From a virus: a DNA stretch of 38,950 nucleotides. The notes beneath the pieces are model-generated. The model was not told the DNA's origin. It made no database searches and saw only the letters and a program-made list of their open reading frames with translations. The position numbers and the translations under genes were made by a program. Positions 25,937 through 34,474 of this stretch are shown here, one piece after another. The stretch's first letter is position 1; every line of letters begins with the position of its first letter. The DNA lies in IMG/VR virus record IMGVR_UViG_3300011965_000002. One strand, written 5' to 3'.

Positions 25937-26583
25937 TAACAGGCGCTGTGACACCAATCAAGGATCATAGGGTCATACATGGCGATGCATTCAACGATGA
26001 CACCTACCAGCTTCTCCTCAATGATAAGAAGGCCGGCATCCTCTTCACAGACCCACCATTTGACCTCTACGACTTCAGTTGGCTTAACAAGGCCCTCAGG
26101 TGCATGGATGATGAGTGGGCTGCATTCATCTGTTTATCAACAGAACAGGTTAAAGTCCTGACAAAGGAATTCTATGACTATGTTAACTATTATTACACGA
26201 TAATAATGAAGCCTAAACCGAATAAGCGCATATTCACACCCATACCTAACTCATACCACATCGTACACCTCAATGGCGGCAGAAAACACATCAGAACTGA
26301 TAAACCCTTATACTCAACCATGAACGAATCCTACTACCTGAACGAACCTGGTGGGTCGAGGATGAAACATGTCCATCAGGGATGGGCGAAACCGCCCGCG
26401 ATGATAACTCACCTCCTCAGCCATTATGTAGTCCCTGGGGATATCATCCTCGACCCATTCGCAGGTTCAGGGGCTACTATAATGGCCGCGGAGAACCTTG
26501 GAGCCGTATGCTACGCGATAGAAAAGGAATTCGAACAGATAGCAGAATTAATGACTAACCTAAGGATGAATGGTCTAAGATGA
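25933..26583 (+). CDS. Amino (N6-A/N4-C) DNA methyltransferase, beta-class motif order
   Basis: Catalytic TDPPF precedes the SAM-binding DPFAGSG; HGDA and AKP motifs; ATGA overlaps at both ends. Confidence 0.88.
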   Translation: MITGAVTPIKDHRVIHGDAFNDDTYQLLLNDKKAGILFTDPPFDLYDFSWLNKALRCMDDEWAAFICLSTEQVKVLTKEFYDYVNYYYTIIMKPKPNKRIFTPIPNSYHIVHLNGGRKHIRTDKPLYSTMNESYYLNEPGGSRMKHVHQGWAKPPAMITHLLSHYVVPGDIILDPFAGSGATIMAAENLGAVCYAIEKEFEQIAELMTNLRMNGLR

Positions 26584-27287
26584 GGAAATTCAAGGAAGCC
26601 ATGAAGATCTACGCAACCCGGGACGAGTTCCTGGAACTCAAAGCCCAAACCCTCAGATTCATCAAGAAACTCTTCAAAGATTACAGGCGTCCATACGTTG
26701 CATTCAGCGGAGGGAAGGACAGCACAGTCCTCCTCCATTTAACCCTCCTCATAGAAAAGGACGTTGACGTTGTTCACACTGACTGGGGCCCAGCATTCGT
26801 CCCGCGCAACATCAAGGACAGGATACTCAGGAATGCTATGAAGATCGGAGCGAAAAAAGAGAACCTTAAAGTCCTCAAGGTGAAGGAAGGTTGGAGGCTG
26901 AGCCAGAGGGAAATCCCAGGCATCCCCCCAAGTTTTTGGGTGGAACTTAAATCCCTGATAGATGCCAACGGCTTCGACCTCGTCCTCCTCGGTTTCAGGG
27001 CTGATGAATCACGTAAACGATGGAAAAGAACAAGGAGGATCCTGGACACGCGCAGAGACCCCCATGAGGCTTACCCTCTAAGGGATTGGAGTTTTGAGGA
27101 CATATATGCATACATATACCATGAAGGCCTGCCTCTGCTCAGACATTATGATGATTATTCAGGGCTTCTCGGGTATGATAAGACGAGGTGGGTTACCTAT
27201 TTTGATAGTGAATTCGATCATCTGGGGGCATCATATGTTGATGGGGTGCTTAGGCCAGAGTACAGGCACCCTGATATGGAGGGATAG
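26580..27287 (+). CDS. cysH: CysH/PAPS-reductase-like PP-loop protein (type IV-B accessory)
   Basis: AFSGGKDS, GFRADES..R and YPLRDWS..DIYAYI motifs; no cysteine residues. Confidence 0.88.
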   Translation: MRKFKEAMKIYATRDEFLELKAQTLRFIKKLFKDYRRPYVAFSGGKDSTVLLHLTLLIEKDVDVVHTDWGPAFVPRNIKDRILRNAMKIGAKKENLKVLKVKEGWRLSQREIPGIPPSFWVELKSLIDANGFDLVLLGFRADESRKRWKRTRRILDTRRDPHEAYPLRDWSFEDIYAYIYHEGLPLLRHYDDYSGLLGYDKTRWVTYFDSEFDHLGASYVDGVLRPEYRHPDMEG

Positions 27288-27315
27288 ACCTCTAAGGAAA
27301 TTAATGGGGTGAGAT

Positions 27316-27420
27316 ATGATGGAGAAGGTGAGAACAACAGTCACAATCCCAGAGTACCTCTACGAGTACATGAAGGAGATTGTGAAACTGGCTAAGGATG
27401 AAGGATGTGTAGCAAAATGA
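27316..27420 (+). CDS. Short RHH-like peptide (34 aa; not in ORF track)
   Basis: RBS GGGGTGAG. VRTTVTIPEYLYEYMKE is a CopG/RHH-like strand plus helix, but the second helix looks short. Confidence 0.45.
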   Translation: MMEKVRTTVTIPEYLYEYMKEIVKLAKDEGCVAK

Positions 27421-27827
27421 AGGAAGATAGAGCGAACTCAAAGAACTCAAAGCTAACTGTAGAGTGGAACTCAAAGAATTCTGCTAAAGAGGAATTAAAG
27501 TCCTGGAGGTCCTCACAGTACCGTAGATTCCTTGAATCAGAGGCGAAGACAAGCCTCCCTGTCACGAGTCATGACATCGAGGAAGTGATGTGGATCGTTG
27601 AGAGAGTGAAACTCTCAGATCTTCATGCGAGGGCGACATGGGAGCAGGTCCTCCTTGCCCTCACAGTATTCATCCTTGAATCCAGACTTCCCTACACCAT
27701 CCAATTCGAGCGTTATAGTATCCTTAAAAAGTATCGGGTTGATGTACGCCTCTACGCGACTGTGTTGCGGAATCTTCTCAGGGTTTATCGTTTGAACATG
27801 CCTATACAGTCCTCCCTATCACGGTAG
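27417..27827 (+). CDS. Helical protein, possibly a single TFB-like cyclin fold
   Basis: ATGA overlap. Five-helix pattern with LHARATWEQVLLALTVFIL reminiscent of the TFB RGRS.E.V.AA.LY segment. Confidence 0.4.
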   Translation: MKEDRANSKNSKLTVEWNSKNSAKEELKSWRSSQYRRFLESEAKTSLPVTSHDIEEVMWIVERVKLSDLHARATWEQVLLALTVFILESRLPYTIQFERYSILKKYRVDVRLYATVLRNLLRVYRLNMPIQSSLSR

Positions 27828-27896
27828 GCGTGTGGCATCTTGACTGTGTTACGTTATATAGTGAGAGGGGACTATTTATGTCCCCTGGTGAAGGCT

Positions 27897-28046
27897 ATGA
27901 GTCTTTGTCCATATTGTGGGTCCGAGAGAAGGGATTATATCGACGAGGATGGGTACATGGTCTGCAAGGATTGTGGCCTTGTCCTCGCTGCACTGTACCC
28001 TTACACTGCAGGTTTGAGATTGCATCTCCCTGAGGGCCTCCTATAA
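27897..28046 (+). CDS. TFIIB/TFB-type zinc-ribbon protein (49 aa)
   Basis: CPYCGS...DEDGYMVCKDCGLVL; RBS GGTGA before ATG 27897. Confidence 0.75.
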   Translation: MSLCPYCGSERRDYIDEDGYMVCKDCGLVLAALYPYTAGLRLHLPEGLL

Positions 28047-28052
28047 CCGGGG

Positions 28053-28340
28053 GTGAGATTATTGGCGAATGAATATATCTTGGAACACTTAGAGGCCTTT
28101 AACTCTTCCCTCGTCGATTTTATTAACCGTTTTGAGTGGGTTGAGCGTGGAGTTGTGGAGGTCTGTGACATACTCAACTTCGCAGCTCTTATTGTCGGTG
28201 TGGCTGTCTGTTTCCTTCCTGATGAGTATGGTGGTGTCTGTATCTATATCGATGACGATGCAGTTGAGTACCTCCCATTGATACTCGACGTGTTCAAGAA
28301 GAACTACGTGAACTGGGGTCTCAGGGAGCCGCTGATCTAA
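28053..28340 (+). CDS. Hypothetical protein (95 aa)
   Basis: Open frame packed in the operon. Confidence 0.6.
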   Translation: MRLLANEYILEHLEAFNSSLVDFINRFEWVERGVVEVCDILNFAALIVGVAVCFLPDEYGGVCIYIDDDAVEYLPLILDVFKKNYVNWGLREPLI

Positions 28341-28347
28341 TATTGGG

Positions 28348-28572
28348 GTGAGATATATGGGTGTTGATCATGGAAAGCTGAGTACATACGTTGTTGGTGT
28401 TATGGTCCTTGTCTATGGGTATCTTCTGAGTAACCCGTCCCTTATTGAGGGATTCATGGCTAAAATGGGCTTGGCAGGGTACAGTCCACTTGTGTTATCG
28501 ATACTTGCATTCACATATGATTATTTCTTCCCAAGAGAATCATCAGAGATGGAAGGCCCTGATGAGGCCTGA
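28348..28572 (+). CDS. Small membrane protein, holin-like
   Basis: Two hydrophobic segments and a charged C-terminus. Confidence 0.55.
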   Translation: MRYMGVDHGKLSTYVVGVMVLVYGYLLSNPSLIEGFMAKMGLAGYSPLVLSILAFTYDYFFPRESSEMEGPDEA

Positions 28573-28589
28573 ATAAAGGGTGGTGATGA

Positions 28590-28898
28590 GTGGGAGCGCA
28601 TCAAATCCAATGCGATGACATTAAGAACCTTACCAGGGACCTTGCTGAGATTAAGGCAGTCCTCAGGGAGAAGAATGTTATGAATGGGTTCACAAGGGAG
28701 CGTATTGAGGATCTTGAGAAGACTGATGATGAGATCTATGAACGCCTCGATGGACTCCATGATGACCTTGTAAGTCTCCGTGAGGAGGTCTATGGCCTTA
28801 ATGTGACTCTTAGACTCTTTTATCGGATTAATGTGGCTGTGATAATCTCTGTTTTCACTACTCTCGCGGTTTATGGGTTTAAGGTTATCCTGCTTTGA
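28590..28898 (+). CDS. Coiled-coil protein with a C-terminal TM helix (XhlA/holin-like)
   Basis: Heptad pattern, then INVAVIISVFTTLAVYGFKVILL. Confidence 0.55.
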   Translation: MGAHQIQCDDIKNLTRDLAEIKAVLREKNVMNGFTRERIEDLEKTDDEIYERLDGLHDDLVSLREEVYGLNVTLRLFYRINVAVIISVFTTLAVYGFKVILL

Positions 28899-28934
28899 AC
28901 TTCATTATAGTGTAATATAGCGAAGTATACTGGT

Positions 28935-29459
28935 GTGATGATGAAGGGTGAGGAAGAGAAGCACAGGGAAGCATACGACCATTACCTCGCCCACATTGAG
29001 GCAGGATACACAAAGACGGCGAGCGTCAAAGAAACAGCCAGAAGGATAGGGGTCTCCGAGGCAACAGTCTGGAACTGGAAGAGACGCTTCCACTGGGATG
29101 AGAAACAGGCAATAGACAGCTACGAGATCAAACAGACATTCAAGGAACGGAATCATGAAATCATCATAGACTTCAAGACCAAATACCTCGCATTCCTCAA
29201 TGACCTCATCGACCAGGCCATAGAGGAATTCCGTGAGGGCCGAGGCGTCGTCATGATACGTGACGTCGGAGACCTCGAAAGAGTAATCAAAGTAGCCCTC
29301 CTCCTCCAGGGCGAGGCCACAAGCAGGACTGAGAGCAGCGTCCTGCAAGTGAACAGGGAGAAGATAGAGGACTATGAGGAGTACTTCAGAGAATTAGAGG
29401 AGGAACTTGGACTGGAGGATGGTGCGGATGAGGATCAAGGCGCGGAGGGGATTTACTGA
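28935..29459 (+). CDS. terS: Terminase small subunit
   Basis: HTH ARRIGVSEATVWNWKRRFHW; immediately upstream of TerL. Confidence 0.8.
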   Translation: MMMKGEEEKHREAYDHYLAHIEAGYTKTASVKETARRIGVSEATVWNWKRRFHWDEKQAIDSYEIKQTFKERNHEIIIDFKTKYLAFLNDLIDQAIEEFREGRGVVMIRDVGDLERVIKVALLLQGEATSRTESSVLQVNREKIEDYEEYFRELEEELGLEDGADEDQGAEGIY

Positions 29460-30783
29460 TGCTGAGAAAGACTTCCTCACTGAGACAGTCCTTAAGAACC
29501 CTTACATTCCACATAAACCCTTCCTCAAACAGGCCATATTCCTCACAAGGCTTGACAGGGAACTGCTCTACGGTGGTCAGGCTGGTGGAGGGAAGTCTGA
29601 CGCCCTCCTCATGGCAGCCCTGCAATACGTCATGTACCCGGACTACCATGCACTCCTACTCAGGAGGACTTACAAGGAATTAGCTCTCCCAGGTGCCCTC
29701 ATGGATCGTGCGGATGAATGGTTAACACCAACGGATGCTGAATGGAATGCTGAGAACAAGACATGGGAATTCCCATCCGGCGCGACCCTCACCTTCGGGT
29801 ACCTTGAACATGAGAGGGATAAACGCCGATACCAGTCCTCAGAGTTCCAGTTTATAGGCTTTGATGAACTCACAGAGTTCACAGAGTCACAGTACACCTT
29901 CCTCTTCAGCAGGAACAGGAAGACAGAGGACAACCCCGTCCCGCTGAGGACGAGGGCCGCTACGAACCCTGGAGGTGTGGGCCATGACTGGGTGAAACAG
30001 CGATTCATTGAGGGCCCATCACCATTCCTCCCATCCAGTTACACTGAGAATCCCTACCTCGACGCCTCTTATGAGGAAAGCCTTGACCTCCTCGACCCGA
30101 TCACCCGTCGACAGCTCAAATATGGAGATTGGTCAGCAACGATAGAGGGCAGGCTCTTCACTGAGGATATCATCGACTTCTATGATGAGACACCGACACC
30201 AGAACAGACCAGCCTCGCGGTCAGGTACTGGGACCTGGCAGCCACACCTGACAAGAATGATGATTCTATAAGTGGTGGTGCGGACTGGACAGTAGGCGCA
30301 CTCCTAATCCTCGACAACTCAGGGAGCCTCTACCTTGAGGATATCATACGATTCAGGCTTTCACCAGCCGAGGCGGAGGACATGATACTTAGAACAATCC
30401 GGGAGGACTTTGAGGTCTACAGGGAGAAGTACATGGCACGCGCTGAACTCGAGGGAGGCGCATCTGCAAGGTATGTGATGGAATCCCTCCGCCGACGCCT
30501 GGCTGGTGTTAACTTCGATGGGGCCCCGGTTCAGGGTAAAAGTAAGTTGGATCGGGCCCGGGCTCTCCTCCCAGCATTCAGGAGTGGCCAGTTAAGGCTT
30601 AAGAGGGATGCTCAGTGGCTCTACACCTTCACGAGGGAACTCCTCGCATTCCCATCAAGGGGTGTTCATGATGACCAGGTCGACGCCCTCAGCGGGGCCT
30701 ACCTCCAGGTCGCTGACATGACCTCAGGGGATCCGTATGGGGCTTCAGGTAGGCGGTATAAAGGTTATGGGGTGACATATTGA
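29407..30783 (+). CDS. terL: Terminase large subunit
   Basis: Walker A YGGQAGGGKS, Walker B FIGFDE, ATNPGG, nuclease YWDLAA and HDDQVDA. Confidence 0.96.
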   Translation: MDWRMVRMRIKARRGFTDAEKDFLTETVLKNPYIPHKPFLKQAIFLTRLDRELLYGGQAGGGKSDALLMAALQYVMYPDYHALLLRRTYKELALPGALMDRADEWLTPTDAEWNAENKTWEFPSGATLTFGYLEHERDKRRYQSSEFQFIGFDELTEFTESQYTFLFSRNRKTEDNPVPLRTRAATNPGGVGHDWVKQRFIEGPSPFLPSSYTENPYLDASYEESLDLLDPITRRQLKYGDWSATIEGRLFTEDIIDFYDETPTPEQTSLAVRYWDLAATPDKNDDSISGGADWTVGALLILDNSGSLYLEDIIRFRLSPAEAEDMILRTIREDFEVYREKYMARAELEGGASARYVMESLRRRLAGVNFDGAPVQGKSKLDRARALLPAFRSGQLRLKRDAQWLYTFTRELLAFPSRGVHDDQVDALSGAYLQVADMTSGDPYGASGRRYKGYGVTY

Positions 30784-32144
30784 GTTTCATTGAGAGGATA
30801 AAATCTATTATCGGGTCTGTGACTGCCAGGGGCTCCGTCGACGCGCCTGTGATGGTTAGAGGGTACCGTAGGGAGAGGCCCCGACAGGTAGGCTCGGATC
30901 TGACTCTTGAGCAGATAAAGTATGTGATGAGGGATACTCAGGTAGGGACAGCATACCACCTCTTCGAGAGCTTCCTCCTATCCAGGCAGATGACCCTCAA
31001 GAAGGACCGATCAGGGGCCCGTGATGACGTGGCAGGGGAGGTTGAATCCTTCGTATCTGACATCTATGAGAAGCTCAAAGGCTTTGAGAGAAGATTACGC
31101 CGTGACATCTACACCGCCATCCTCTACGGCTTCAGCGCCCATGAAATCATCTACACGACGAAGGAGATAAATGGGAGGATCCTCCTCACCATCGATGACC
31201 TGATACCCATCCACCCAGAGACGGTCTACTATGATGATTCATTCATCTTCGATGAGGATACAGGGGAGTTCCTGGGCCTGAAACAGACACTCCCCTACTA
31301 TGCCACGGGGGATGAGGAGGGCCCTGAGTACATCCCACGGGAGAAACTCCTCATATTCAGTTTCAAGTCACACTTCAATGATCCTCGTGGCCGCAGCATC
31401 CTCGCGGGGATCTATGACAACGTCCAGTTTAAGGAGGATGCGATGCGCTGGCTCCTCATATTCCTCCAGAAACATGAGAACCCCACACTCGTCGGGAAAG
31501 TCTCCAACCCCGCGAATAAGGAGGGCCTCCTGAGGAGCCTGGAGATGATTGATGAGGGCCTCACGAAGATAACTGTTGGGAAGGAGGATAGTGTTGAGCT
31601 TGTTGAATCATCAAAGAATGGTGACGCCTTCTTTGAGTTTATCAAGTACAATGATAACGTTATACTCCGCCAGTTCCTCATTGGCACACTCCTCCTTGGC
31701 CAGTCGGATAAGGCGAGTGGTAGTTATGCTCAGTCAATGACCCAGGAGTCTATCCTGAGAACAGCCCTGGAGGGGATACACAATGATATCGCTGGGGCCG
31801 TCAACGAGGTTATCCTCCGCCTTGTTGAGTATAATTTCGGGGATGAGGCGGTTAAATCGGCTCCGCTGATAGAATTTGAGACATTCACGGATAGGCAGAC
31901 GCTTGAATTGCTGCAAACCCTCCAGGGATACGCGACAGGCCTCCTCATTGACACTGATTCTGAGTGGTTCAAGAAGCTCATCGAGTACAGTATACAGGAT
32001 GCTACAGGTGAATCAATCCCATTATCCCCTGAGACCCGCGTCGCGCCGGTGACGGACCTTGAAGACCTCCCACCTGGCGAGTTACCGGAGATGGAATCAC
32101 GTCTTGATGAGTTACTAAGACAGATGCAACACCCCCCTATGTGA
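30780..32144 (+). CDS. Portal protein (DUF935/Mu gp29-like)
   Basis: 454 aa after TerL; AILYGFS.HEI, PRGRSIL and GSYAQS motifs. Confidence 0.88.
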   Translation: MSFIERIKSIIGSVTARGSVDAPVMVRGYRRERPRQVGSDLTLEQIKYVMRDTQVGTAYHLFESFLLSRQMTLKKDRSGARDDVAGEVESFVSDIYEKLKGFERRLRRDIYTAILYGFSAHEIIYTTKEINGRILLTIDDLIPIHPETVYYDDSFIFDEDTGEFLGLKQTLPYYATGDEEGPEYIPREKLLIFSFKSHFNDPRGRSILAGIYDNVQFKEDAMRWLLIFLQKHENPTLVGKVSNPANKEGLLRSLEMIDEGLTKITVGKEDSVELVESSKNGDAFFEFIKYNDNVILRQFLIGTLLLGQSDKASGSYAQSMTQESILRTALEGIHNDIAGAVNEVILRLVEYNFGDEAVKSAPLIEFETFTDRQTLELLQTLQGYATGLLIDTDSEWFKKLIEYSIQDATGESIPLSPETRVAPVTDLEDLPPGELPEMESRLDELLRQMQHPPM

Positions 32145-32182
32145 GTATAATTCATCGTAAATTACTCAGGCCCTGATGGTAG

Positions 32183-32917
32183 GTGGAATTTAGAATGGTG
32201 AAGCGTGAACTCCTACACGTCCGTGCAGTGACAGGTGACATGGAGAAGAAACTCAAGAAGGCCTTCAAGGCTGCTGCTGAACGATGGGAGAAAGAACTGA
32301 GGAGCTGCGAGACTGAGGATGAATTCATAGAGAAAGTGTTCAACAAGGCCGTTAACCCAATCTACTCAGTTAAAGGCGTTGAAGAGGTTATCAATGGCGC
32401 GGGGAGGGCGTTCACGGCATATGACATGCCACTCGGTCTGAGGAAGGAGCTCTTCAATGAAGTCCTCAAATCTGATATTTCAGGGTATATGGCGAAGGTG
32501 AACCGGGAGGTTGGTGATGACATCTTGAAGCAGATGTCACGGATGGTCTCTGAGAAGAAACCTTACACCGAGATGATGACAGAACTGCCACGCCGCTACG
32601 AATCCCTCTCCACCTTCAGATCAAGGACTATCGTGAGGACAGAGATGCTCCGAGCAGGGAACATGGTCGAATACCAGCGAGGCCTTGCAGACCCCGCGAA
32701 CCAGTACTACCGCGTCATAAGCCATCCTAACTGCTGCCCAGACTGCGCAGAACTCTACGGGTACGGTGAATCATTCTTCAGAGCCGATGAAGTGGATAAA
32801 CTCCCACCACTCCACCCTAACTGCAGGTGCGTAGTGGACTGGCCAAGTGTCTTCGACCTGCCACCAGAACTCCAGGCGGAGGTCCTTGGCACTGTAAGAG
32901 GTGATACTATTGTCTGA
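32183..32917 (+). CDS. Minor head protein (Mu gpF / SPP1 gp7-like)
   Basis: TIVRTE..RA.N, CPDC and PPLHPNCRC. Confidence 0.88.
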   Translation: MEFRMVKRELLHVRAVTGDMEKKLKKAFKAAAERWEKELRSCETEDEFIEKVFNKAVNPIYSVKGVEEVINGAGRAFTAYDMPLGLRKELFNEVLKSDISGYMAKVNREVGDDILKQMSRMVSEKKPYTEMMTELPRRYESLSTFRSRTIVRTEMLRAGNMVEYQRGLADPANQYYRVISHPNCCPDCAELYGYGESFFRADEVDKLPPLHPNCRCVVDWPSVFDLPPELQAEVLGTVRGDTIV

Positions 32918-33959
32918 AGACGTTAAAGACGAAGAAAGAGTCGAGGAAGAGACACGGGAGCCACAGAGGATGAAAGTTGATGCTGTGATGTGGTCCCCCG
33001 GGGTCATATACCCATTCCTGGATGGAACACCAGGGAAAGTCTACGCTGACAAGGAACTCGCAGATGAAGTGTACGAGAAGATACTTGCAAGGGTCCAGGA
33101 CGGAGGCCTCCCCATCACCATAGACCACCTGGACCAGGACGACCTGGAGATACTCAAGGAACTCGGGTACGGCGTGGTTGGAAGGGTTACAGGGGTTGAA
33201 CTCCGCAATGGACGAGTACACGCAACAGAGATAACATTTGACGGAGAGGCCATCCCACAACTCCTCAAAGATGGCCTCATGAGGGCCTTCAGTATAGAAG
33301 CAGAGGTTGAAACCGAACCCGTAGAGGATGGGTACCGCATCATAGGCTTCAGGGACGTGACAGGTGTGAGCATAGTGAAAAAACCAGCCTGCCCATCCTG
33401 CCTCGTCTACCGCATCAATGCGTACACATCAAATGATAAGCTGAGAATCCAGATGAAGTTCACGCCAAGAGGTGATATAATGAAAAAAGAGGATGAAATA
33501 ACTGAATCCGAGGTAAAAGCTCAGGAAGAAGTTCCTCCGGAAGATGGAGGCGAGGGAGACACAGTGGAATTACTCCCAGACCTCATAGACAGAATAAATG
33601 AATTGATAAATGAACTCGATGCCATGATCACCAGGATCCAGGAACTCCAACCAGTTGAGGATGGTAAAGAGGCTCCGGCGGAGGAAATCGCAGAGAACCT
33701 TGCAGATGACCTGAAAGAGAAGGCAGCAGCCCTAAACGCTAAGAAACTCGTCGAGAAGTACATTGAGGAAGGTAAAGTGAAACCCGCGGAGACAGAGGCC
33801 CACATCAAACTTGCGATGAAAGCCCCAGCTGAGTACTCTAAGATCATGGATGAAGCACCCCAGGTCATTGAGATGTCAAGGATGTCCAGGAACCCGGCTG
33901 ATATGAAGGAGAAAGAGTTCTACACGTATGAAGAATACCGTAAAAGATTCCACAGGTGA
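32901..33959 (+). CDS. Capsid maturation protease with C-terminal scaffold region
   Basis: PITIDH and FSIE motifs with an acidic helical C-terminus; lies between minor head and capsid genes. Likely start TTG 32910. Confidence 0.75.
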   Translation: MILLSEDVKDEERVEEETREPQRMKVDAVMWSPGVIYPFLDGTPGKVYADKELADEVYEKILARVQDGGLPITIDHLDQDDLEILKELGYGVVGRVTGVELRNGRVHATEITFDGEAIPQLLKDGLMRAFSIEAEVETEPVEDGYRIIGFRDVTGVSIVKKPACPSCLVYRINAYTSNDKLRIQMKFTPRGDIMKKEDEITESEVKAQEEVPPEDGGEGDTVELLPDLIDRINELINELDAMITRIQELQPVEDGKEAPAEEIAENLADDLKEKAAALNAKKLVEKYIEEGKVKPAETEAHIKLAMKAPAEYSKIMDEAPQVIEMSRMSRNPADMKEKEFYTYEEYRKRFHR

Positions 33960-34465
33960 TAAGGATGGTTGTGAAATACAATTATGGTGAAATAGGCCCC
34001 GGGGTTGCCATGGAGCTCAAAGAGGGGAACCTAACAGTCTCCGAGGTTAACACCCCACAGGGCAGACAGGTAGGTGCAACATTCCAGTACCCTGCCAAGA
34101 AAGGGGATATCATGGCCCTTGCAGGAGACCTCCTAGTCGAAAAACTCAGAAGCGGAGTGTCAGGGAAACCCATCGGCGTCCTGGAGGATGAACCACAATT
34201 CCAGGGCCAGCCACCATCATCAAACGCTACCTACGGGAACTACCCGAACAGGATCGCAGCGGTCAAACTATTCGGTGTTGCTGTGAGGGAAATGGAACTC
34301 ACGTCATCAAACGCGGCGATCACTGCAGGGGACTACATCAAAGTCGCCTCTGATGGGCAGACTATAGACAAGTCAACTGACCCTACTGATAAGATAGCCC
34401 TTAAATCAGCATCCGCCAATAGTGGCGCTGAGATACCAGTCCTCGTAGGCTACTACTACAAATAA
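33956..34465 (+). CDS. Capsid decoration/cement protein
   Basis: Position before the major capsid gene; AITAGDYIKVASDG...IAL motif typical of decoration proteins. Confidence 0.65.
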   Translation: MIRMVVKYNYGEIGPGVAMELKEGNLTVSEVNTPQGRQVGATFQYPAKKGDIMALAGDLLVEKLRSGVSGKPIGVLEDEPQFQGQPPSSNATYGNYPNRIAAVKLFGVAVREMELTSSNAAITAGDYIKVASDGQTIDKSTDPTDKIALKSASANSGAEIPVLVGYYYK

Positions 34466-34474
34466 GGTGATAAT

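Noticed and set aside
26580-27287. cysH as an auxiliary sulfur-assimilation gene
   Set aside because: It has no cysteines, so no catalytic or Fe-S Cys, and its context is the type IV-B operon.
23027-27420. CRISPR array or mini-array near the csf genes
   Set aside because: No repeated 25-40 bp unit with spacers in any intergenic region I read; only hairpins. A single degenerate repeat cannot be excluded without a search against host repeats.
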